A program made the position numbers and the translations under genes. Shown in pieces: positions 18,823 to 24,953 of a stretch of 64,000 bases of DNA. The notes below the pieces were generated by a model. It was not told the DNA's origin and ran no database searches. It saw only the letters and a list, made by a program, of their open reading frames with translations. Every line of letters begins with the position of its first letter. Position 1 is the stretch's first letter. The DNA is from Candidatus Nomurabacteria bacterium (lineage in GTDB: Bacteria > Patescibacteriota > Minisyncoccia > Phycocordibacterales > UBA9973), in contig JACKGL010000002.1 in NCBI GenBank assembly GCA_020631955.1, positions 77,860-141,859 of the forward strand, in the 5' to 3' direction.

Positions 18823-19827
18823 ATGACACAATTGATATCACTTACCGGCTTGGTTATTCTACTGTCTTTTACCTTCTCTTTGGTAGAAACATCTATATTT
18901 GGTGTGAGTCTCTCAAAAGCAAACGTGCTCAAAGCACAAGGAAAAAGAGGCTCCTCTACCCTACTAAAGATAAAACAACACCCTTCTCGTAGCATCACTA
19001 CCATAGTTCTCTTGAACAATGTAAATAACATTGTAGGTAGCATCTTTATAGGACATCTAGCTACCAATGTTTTTGGTAATACTGCACTGGGTATCATAAG
19101 TGCCATACTAACTTTGCTTATCATTCTTCTTGGAGAAATCATCCCGAAGACACTCGGAGACAACTTCGCCGAACCAATAGCTCTTTTTATATCAAGACCA
19201 CTTTACATAATCACCAAAATATTTAGACCCGTGACTTTTCTTATAGAAATAATCACAAAGAACTTTGTAAAACATAGAAAGATCACATCTGAAGAAGAAC
19301 TTCAACTACTATCACACCTCGGTCAACTAGAAGGATCTATAGAAAAAGATGAAAAAGAGCTCATTCACAACGTCTTCACTATGAACGACAAACTGGCTAA
19401 AGATATAATGACTCCTAGGACAGTAGTGGACTATGTGGAAGCTGACCATACAATAGAAGAAATAAGTAAGATACTATACGCCAAGTCATACTCACGTATG
19501 CCAGTGGTAGATACTGATATAGACAATGTAGTAGGTATCATACAAACAAAAAAAGCTCTTATAGAGCTAGCAAAAGACAATAAACTCCTAAAAGCTCGTG
19601 ATCTTGCAGACAAACCACTTTTTGTTAGTGAAAAGATGCGTGTAGATGTACTACTTACTGTTTTCAAAAAATACCGTTCTCACTTAGCTGTGGTAAGAGA
19701 TGAATTTGGTGGTACGGCTGGTATCGTCACACTTGAAGATGTGCTAGAAGTCTTGGTGGGAGAAATAGTAGATGAGACAGACGAGGTAGTAGACCTAAGA
19801 GAGTTCGCTAAAGAAAATATGAATTAA
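18823..19827 (+). CDS. CNNM/CorC-type transporter (DUF21 membrane domain plus CBS pair)
   Basis: 334 aa. [11 protein letters not shown] in the DUF21 region, then a CBS pair (IMTPRTVV..., RMPVVD..., [22 protein letters not shown]). No CorC_HlyC C-terminal domain. Confidence 0.85.
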
Positions 19828-19830
19828 AAA

Positions 19831-19854
19831 AACCGCAGAGTTACCCCCGCGGTT
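19831..19854. terminator. hairpin between convergent genes
   Basis: AACCGC...GCGGTT. The T-run (TTTTTTT) is on the minus-strand reading. Confidence 0.5.
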
Positions 19855-19856
19855 AT

Positions 19857-20876
19857 TCAATATCCTTCTTCCAGAAAATAGTTAATTATTCTCTGGTATC
19901 TTTTCTTCATTGTGTTTTCTATCAGAATATGGGCTTCATACTCAAGAGTACCTTCTTTAGAATACTCGGGTTGATAAGATCCATTAAGAGTCTTTTCATT
20001 CATCATTAGTATTCTCTTAGAGGTGTTTACACTACCTCTAAACTCCTTATGTTCAAAGTAAGCAAATCTTATATTTCTCGCTATTGAACGAAAGAAGCTT
20101 CTGATGATACCTTGAGTCCCGAGCAAGATAGACCGGCACGGTGCTACATCGAATTGCCTCGCGTGTGCCAGCTCATCGAAGTAGTTATCCAGAGAAAAAA
20201 TATATTCCCTTTTTTCATGTTTGTATATCTGCTTTAATGTCAACTCTTTCTTGAGTGGACTATAGAAGGCGTCTATACCAAAATGATAAAGAAATACTTT
20301 TTCTCTCGGTTCAAACCTTATCTTCGGTGCTCCATACAAGTAATACAAAGACCACACTGCTTCATAAAGAAGACTCCGATCTAAAGTGTCTGGGACAAAA
20401 TGAAACATTTTATCTATATCTACACCATCGTACACTAACTCTTCTTCAAATTCTGACATACTCATGGACTTCATCTTCTCGTACTTTGTAAACACCTCAT
20501 TTCTATCGGTCGTGCCCACCTGAGACATTCTTTTTTTCAGAGAAGTCAAAGAGTCTTCGTATAAGATCTCAAGCTTGAGATCTTGCGGCAGATCTTCTTT
20601 TCCTGAAAAAAAATTCATTACTATATCTGTATTCTTATCCCCGGAAGTACAGTCTTTGCACAAATCCAAAGAGATGAAATCGGTGTTGAAGTCCTCATCA
20701 CTATAGATAGGACTCGGTTCGTACAAAGACTTAATGCATATCACAGAAAATCCGATGGTACACACCAAAGCAAAGTACAGAGCAAATAATGAGAACCTCA
20801 GAAAAATCTTATATACATGACTAACAAGGCCGTAAAAGATAACTTTCACGGTACCACTATAGATTTCAGCTATCAT
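19857..20876 (-). CDS. hypothetical membrane-anchored protein (339 aa from ATG 20876)
   Basis: The start at 20876 (MIAEIYSG) lies downstream of the phoH2 terminator. The GTG start in the ORF track (20975) would run through that terminator. One or two N-terminal hydrophobic helices; no motif recognised. Confidence 0.5.
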   Translation of the reverse strand: MIAEIYSGTVKVIFYGLVSHVYKIFLRFSLFALYFALVCTIGFSVICIKSLYEPSPIYSDEDFNTDFISLDLCKDCTSGDKNTDIVMNFFSGKEDLPQDLKLEILYEDSLTSLKKRMSQVGTTDRNEVFTKYEKMKSMSMSEFEEELVYDGVDIDKMFHFVPDTLDRSLLYEAVWSLYYLYGAPKIRFEPREKVFLYHFGIDAFYSPLKKELTLKQIYKHEKREYIFSLDNYFDELAHARQFDVAPCRSILLGTQGIIRSFFRSIARNIRFAYFEHKEFRGSVNTSKRILMMNEKTLNGSYQPEYSKEGTLEYEAHILIENTMKKRYQRIINYFLEEGY

Positions 20877-20926
20877 AAGAACCTTTTTCTTATTTTTACA
20901 CCTTATTTTATATAGAGGCAAGTTTA

Positions 20927-20960
20927 AATAAAAAAAACAGCAGTGTACTACACTGCCGTT
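20927..20960 (-). terminator. intrinsic terminator after the PIN-PhoH gene
   Basis: Near-perfect inverted repeat GCAGTGTA-C-TACACTGC. On the minus strand it is followed by TTTTTTTTATTT. Confidence 0.75.
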
Positions 20961-20971
20961 TGTGACATATG

Positions 20972-22366
20972 TCACAAAAACTCATTTGCCCAATTGGCCA
21001 ACTCACTTCTCTCTCCTTTATGGAGGATATGCACAGCTGCACTGGGATTCACACTGGACACCAGCTTGTTTACCAAGTGACTGAGTCCATTTGACTCATG
21101 ATCAAGGTATGGGGTATCTATCTGGTTTACATCACCAGTAAACACTATTTTGGTATTCTCACCAGCCCTGGTAATGATGGTCTTCACTTCAAGTGGAGTA
21201 AGGTTCTGTGCCTCATCGATAATAAAGAAGACACTCCCCAGGCTCCTTCCGCGCAGATAAGCAAGTGGTTGGATAACCATTTTAGGGTTTGTGTCTTTCC
21301 CTTTTGCTTTACTCTTATCGTCAGCTTGATCATTTTTCAAACCTCTTATAAGATTTTGTTCATGCGAACTATTATGTGAAGCTATAATGAGGTCAAGATT
21401 GTCCCAAAGAGGCTGCATGAAAGGATCGACTTTTTGCCTCTGGTCGCCAGGAAGATAACCAATGTCTTTGTTGTTCAGAGGTATGATTGGTCTGGTAACA
21501 TAAATATTGTGGTAATTACTCCTTTGTTCAATAGCAGCTGCCATTGAAAGAAGAGTCTTCCCGCTACCACTTATACCTTGCACCACAACCAGTCTTATGT
21601 TCGGGTCCATCAGTGAACTAAGCAGAAAACCTTGCTCCTCATTCCTTGGTTTGATCTGGGAAATTGTCTTTTCGATATTTACTTCTCGGAAACAATTCTC
21701 CTCTTGGTCATAAACAAAAGGGATCTTTTTGCCTTTCAGTTCAAAGAAAACACCTTGGTTTGGTAAAGGCTTACCGGCATATGACACCTTTCCACGTGGT
21801 ATTCCTTTATCTACATCAGAATAGTGATTTGATAAAATATCATCACTTACCTTAACGGTTTTCACATAAAAAGCAGATTCTTTAAACCCACTGTCCTGAT
21901 TCTCTTTCCTGATGTAACTCATAGCTTCCAAACCCAAAAGCTTGGCTCTCACACGAAGATTTTTGTCTTCAGACACGACTGTGACAACTGATTTTGGGTA
22001 ATCTTTTTTCAGCTCCGAGGCCACCCAGATGATCTGATGATCAGCTTTTTCCAAATTGAGATCAGTAACCCTCTCTCCTGTGGGAAAAACAAAGTTCTTC
22101 AACATCAGAAGACCCGAAAAACCTTTAACAGCCAAAGGTTTGTCGGGTATGGATTTAAAGTTTTCATCCAGCCAGTCTATAGCAGTTCTCGCCATTTTGT
22201 TGAGCTGATCAGAACCCTTTTTAAAAGCGTCCAGCTCATCTATGACAGGAGAAGTTACCACTAAAATATTACCTGAGCTCTTAATTATCTTTTGGAAAAG
22301 ATCTTCAGTTCTGAGGATAGCCGATGTGTCGACTATAAAATAATTAGTCCCATTACTTTTCGCCAT
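20972..22366 (-). CDS. PhoH2-type protein: N-terminal PIN domain fused to a PhoH-like ATPase
   Basis: 464 aa. PIN-like YFIVDTSAIL...VVTSPVIDELD, Walker A GISGSGKTLLS, Walker B FFIIDEAQN and TGDVNQID. Confidence 0.88.
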   Translation of the reverse strand: MAKSNGTNYFIVDTSAILRTEDLFQKIIKSSGNILVVTSPVIDELDAFKKGSDQLNKMARTAIDWLDENFKSIPDKPLAVKGFSGLLMLKNFVFPTGERVTDLNLEKADHQIIWVASELKKDYPKSVVTVVSEDKNLRVRAKLLGLEAMSYIRKENQDSGFKESAFYVKTVKVSDDILSNHYSDVDKGIPRGKVSYAGKPLPNQGVFFELKGKKIPFVYDQEENCFREVNIEKTISQIKPRNEEQGFLLSSLMDPNIRLVVVQGISGSGKTLLSMAAAIEQRSNYHNIYVTRPIIPLNNKDIGYLPGDQRQKVDPFMQPLWDNLDLIIASHNSSHEQNLIRGLKNDQADDKSKAKGKDTNPKMVIQPLAYLRGRSLGSVFFIIDEAQNLTPLEVKTIITRAGENTKIVFTGDVNQIDTPYLDHESNGLSHLVNKLVSSVNPSAAVHILHKGERSELANWANEFL

Positions 22367-22420
22367 ATTCAGTTTTTTATAGAATTTATTTAATTATCTA
22401 AAATGTACTACTATATCAAC

Positions 22421-22457
22421 ATAAAATCAAGGAGCAGTATTTTGCTCCTTGATTTTA
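22421..22457 (-). terminator. intrinsic terminator
   Basis: AAATCAAGGAGCA-(6 nt)-TGCTCCTTGATTT overlapping the stop codon of 22455..22682. Confidence 0.7.
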
Positions 22458-22682
22458 CTTAGTATTCTTGGGTGGGTTTTCTGGTGTCACGCTCGGGTCT
22501 TTTTCATAATCCTCTCTCGATTTACCTGGTGTCTGAGGTGTAGTCTTTGTGTCTGGGTCTCCTTCTTCACTATCTAGACCTTCACTACTTTTCTCTTCTT
22601 TGTTTTCTTCTTCATCACCTTTTTCTTTTTTTGTTTTTTTTGGGTCTTGGTTATGAACCCAAAAATAGTCTGGATATTCCAT
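22455..22682 (-). CDS. hypothetical low-complexity K/E/P-rich protein (75 aa)
   Basis: ORF with its own terminator; no motif recognised. Confidence 0.35.
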   Translation of the reverse strand: MEYPDYFWVHNQDPKKTKKEKGDEEENKEEKSSEGLDSEEGDPDTKTTPQTPGKSREDYEKDPSVTPENPPKNTK

Positions 22683-22708
22683 ACTAAAATTTTATCATAT
22701 AAATAAAG

Positions 22709-22732
22709 TGTGCGGGTAGGGAGAATCGAACT
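22709..22732 (-). repeat. orphan copy of the tRNA-Gly 3' end (att-like direct repeat)
   Basis: tgtgcgggtagggagaatcgaact is identical over 24 nt to 23313-23336. That segment comprises the last 22 nt of tRNA-Gly(GCC) plus 2 flanking nt. Confidence 0.9.
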
Positions 22733-22740
22733 AATTTATA

Positions 22741-23283
22741 CTAGTGTCGAAGTTGTGTCTTCACCGCTTTAAATAATCCGTAACAGCAAATTAAAGCTGA
22801 AATTATTTGTAACATAGCAAAAATCAGTTCCCCTTTCCAGTAAGTTGAAATTGATGTGGAAATATGCGCTACAAAAAACAATATCCATCCGTATATATTC
22901 TGTTTTCTTGCCAAAAGATAACCACCCCAAATAAATGATAGAGCTGAAGTTGCCTCAATTAAGGTAAGGTAGCTTACAAAGAGTGAGGCCGTAAGAATAA
23001 GTGAGATAACTGTGAGTAAAATATTTGTTTGGATAGTTAATTTATTTCGATCAACGTTGTAATTAATAAATCCATAAATCATAACTACTAGAAATCCTAT
23101 TTCAGCAATCGCTAGAATGTGAAGATTAATGATAAAAAAGTAGACCGAACTACTTAATCCAACAAGTACTCCCCAAAACCACCCAGAACGTTTATTCAAT
23201 ACTAAAAACAACTTATTAAAAATACTGAACATTGAGACAGGGATTGAAAGAAAAAATAGATAATCCATGGAATAATTATACAC
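22741..23283 (-). CDS. PnuC-like nicotinamide riboside/NMN transporter family membrane protein (tentative)
   Basis: 180 aa with about six TM helices. LNKRSGWFWG and LLARKQNIYGWILFFV resemble the duplicated K/R-x-x-W motifs of PnuC. Assigned by eye only. Confidence 0.5.
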   Translation of the reverse strand: MYNYSMDYLFFLSIPVSMFSIFNKLFLVLNKRSGWFWGVLVGLSSSVYFFIINLHILAIAEIGFLVVMIYGFINYNVDRNKLTIQTNILLTVISLILTASLFVSYLTLIEATSALSFIWGGYLLARKQNIYGWILFFVAHISTSISTYWKGELIFAMLQIISALICCYGLFKAVKTQLRH

Positions 23284-23314
23284 AAAAAATCCTCTAAAGT
23301 AGCTTATTTATCTG

Positions 23315-23385
23315 TGCGGGTAGGGAGAATCGAACTCCCGACTCATCCTTGGCAAGGACGTGTTCTACCACTAAACCATACCCGC
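23315..23385 (-). tRNA. tRNA-Gly (anticodon GCC)
   Basis: GCGGGTA TG GTTT AGTGGTA GAAC A CGTCC TTGCCAA GGATG AGTC GGGAG TTCGATT CTCCC TACCCGC A. Full cloverleaf, 71 nt, no encoded CCA. Confidence 0.95.
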
Positions 23386-23389
23386 GTAT

Positions 23390-23665
23390 TTAACTTTTAT
23401 AATCCCATGGGAACTTCCCATCTAATATAACTTTCTCAATTACATCTTTCCTTTTATACTTTTTCAGTCTATGCTCGTATCTTCTAGCGTCAGTAATGTT
23501 ATCACAATTCAAAAAAATTTTCAGCTCCCACGGAATATTTCCTTTTGTTGAAAACACCTTTCCAGAATTGTGCTCTTTCAACCTTCTATCAATATCTATT
23601 GTACTACCAATATAATATCTACTATTTTTTACACTTTTTATAATATATACTCCAGTCATAACCAC
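23390..23665 (-). CDS. small GIY-YIG nuclease family protein (YhbQ/UPF0213-like)
   Basis: GVYIIKSVKNSRYYIGSTIDIDRRLKEHNSGK gives the GIY...YIG, R and E/N motifs. GTG at 23665 or ATG at 23659. The stop lies 4 nt from the tRNA-Gly 5' end. Confidence 0.85.
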   Translation of the reverse strand: MVMTGVYIIKSVKNSRYYIGSTIDIDRRLKEHNSGKVFSTKGNIPWELKIFLNCDNITDARRYEHRLKKYKRKDVIEKVILDGKFPWDYKS

Positions 23666-23713
23666 TAAACTCCGACCTGTGTCGGAGTCCGACTATGGTC
23701 GGACCATACCCGC
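23661..23713 (-). pseudogene. tRNA-Gly 5' fragment (nt 1-20) split by a 33-nt twin-hairpin insert
   Basis: Minus strand: GCGGGTATGGT + CCGACCATAGTCGGACTCCGACACAGGTCGGAG + TTTAGTGGT. The flanking parts equal nt 1-11 and 12-20 of the intact tRNA at 23315-23385. Confidence 0.85.
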
Positions 23714-23763
23714 TTTTTATAAAATTGTATCTATCTGAAAATATCAGATACTGTCGGGGTGCT

Positions 23764-23836
23764 GGGATTCGAACCCAGAGTCGCTGGTACCCAAAACCAG
23801 AATGTTAGCCGTTACACCACACCCCGTGATGTTATT
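23764..23836 (-). tRNA. tRNA-Pro (anticodon TGG)
   Basis: CGGGGTG TG GTGT AACGGCTA ACAT T CTGGT TTTGGGT ACCAG CGACT CTGGG TTCGAAT CCCAG CACCCCG A. 73 nt, no encoded CCA. Confidence 0.95.
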
Positions 23837-23859
23837 TATTACATTTTTAATTATATCAC

Positions 23860-23868
23860 CAGCTACGT
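23860..23868 (-). promoter_or_regulatory. candidate extended -10 element (TGATATAAT) for tRNA-Pro
   Basis: Minus strand reads GGTGATATAATTAAAAATG, 23 nt upstream of the tRNA-Pro 5' end. No convincing -35. Confidence 0.35.
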
Positions 23869-23876
23869 CGCTGGTA

Positions 23877-23953
23877 CCCACTATATTTCCTTGCAGAATG
23901 TTAGCCGTTACATTTACCTGCCTTTGGCAGGCCACACCCCGTGCTTAAAAACG
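23877..23953 (-). pseudogene. degenerate copy of the tRNA-Pro 5' two-thirds, with insertions
   Basis: Minus strand: CACGGGGTGTGG + CCTGCCAAAGGCAGGTAAA + TGTAACGGCTAACATTCTG + CAAGGAAATATAGT + GGGTACCAGCGAC. The three conserved blocks match the intact tRNA-Pro. The T-arm and 3' acceptor are missing. Confidence 0.8.
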
Positions 23954-23990
23954 TATATCTATACTACACTATTTTATAAAAAAATAAAGC

Positions 23991-24374
23991 CTAAAAATCT
24001 ATCATGTCCACCCGGACATCTTTACCAGATATGTATACTGCCATACATACCAACTTTATAGATTCATACTTTTCCACATCATGACTTCCCTCGTATAATG
24101 CCACTGTTTTTTCAAATCTTTCTCTTTTTTTAGGTGTCACATTTTCTTCTGGTTTGTATTCAGAGATCTTATCTAGAGGTGTATTTTTATAATTTCTAGT
24201 TTTAACCTCAACAAAAAACAGAGTATTATTTTGTTCAGCTATTATATCTATCTCCCCTCCTTGAAAAGTAAAGTTTCTTTCAATTATAGAAAAACCCTTA
24301 TTTTTCAAATATTTTACAGCCAGATTCTCCCCCAACTCCCCTACTTTTTGAGTTTTAGAAGTAAATTTTTTCAT
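23991..24374 (-). CDS. yraN: YraN-family (UPF0102) endonuclease-like protein
   Basis: Start at ATG 24374 (MKKFTSKTQKVGELGENLAVKYLKNKGFSIIERNF...GEIDIIAEQNNTLFFVEVKTR), a typical YraN motif set. The upstream ORF extension covers the palindrome. Confidence 0.8.
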   Translation of the reverse strand: MKKFTSKTQKVGELGENLAVKYLKNKGFSIIERNFTFQGGEIDIIAEQNNTLFFVEVKTRNYKNTPLDKISEYKPEENVTPKKRERFEKTVALYEGSHDVEKYESIKLVCMAVYISGKDVRVDMIDF

Positions 24375-24432
24375 ATGTATATTATGAAATATTTCACCCA
24401 TAAAAGCCAGTTTCATCCAAAAAAGACATTTT

Positions 24433-24454
24433 ATATGTTTCACGTGAAACATAT
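24433..24454. repeat. 22-nt perfect palindrome ATATGTTTCACGTGAAACATAT (copy a of the GTTTCACRTGAAAC motif)
   Basis: Self-complementary by inspection and flanked by AAAAGAC / GTCTTTT arms. Lies about 60 nt upstream of the yraN start. Confidence 0.9.
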
Positions 24455-24629
24455 GTCTTTTTAAAGCACTCAAAAAATGTCTTTTATCAAAATATCCTTA
24501 TTTTAAAGGATATTTTAAAATCGACAGTCTTTTTAACTGTGTCTTTTATGCACAATATACACATGGTTATCCCCAAAAGTGTCTTTTTAGTTTCATGTGA
24601 AACCCGATTTTTGGTGAAAATACTATATG

Positions 24630-24701
24630 TGCACCCGGAAGGACTCGAACCCTCAATAACGGTTCCGAAGACCGTTGTGATATCCATTTCACCACAGGTG
24701 C
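24630..24701 (-). tRNA. tRNA-Arg (anticodon TCG)
   Basis: GCACCTG TG GTGA AATGGATA TCAC A ACGGT CTTCGGA ACCGT TATT GAGGG TTCGAGT CCTTC CGGGTGC A. 72 nt, no encoded CCA. Confidence 0.9.
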
Positions 24702-24830
24702 GTTAGAAAATATTATACCACTTAAAGGTTAAATACAAATCTATATTGATTTATCTCTAAAATTGTATATAATTCATCTGTTGTTAAAAGTTGCGGTTTT
24801 ATTGCAACTTTTAATTTTTAAAAATAAAAT

Positions 24831-24901
24831 GCGGGTATAGTTTAGTGGTAGAATGTCTGCCTTCCAAGCAGAACACGGGAGTTCGATTCTCCCTACCCGC
24901 A
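24831..24901 (+). tRNA. tRNA-Gly (anticodon TCC)
   Basis: GCGGGTA TA GTTT AGTGGTA GAAT G TCTGC CTTCCAA GCAGA ACAC GGGAG TTCGATT CTCCC TACCCGC A. 71 nt, no encoded CCA. Confidence 0.95.
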
Positions 24902-24953
24902 CTAAAAATAAGAATATTTTCTTAACCTTTATTATTTCTTTTTTGAGTTTCAC

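Noticed and set aside
19857-22366. Higher G+C of the phoH2 region, considered as evidence of horizontal transfer
   Set aside because: I counted 29 of 60 G+C at 21001-21060, but the same value occurs in the core gene pnp (1741-1800). Conserved coding regions are simply richer in G+C than the spacers and lineage-specific genes here.
23744-24061. ORFs 23744..23935 (-) and 23759..24061 (+)
   Set aside because: They run through tRNA-Pro and its degenerate copy. The sequence there is explained by RNA genes and remnants.
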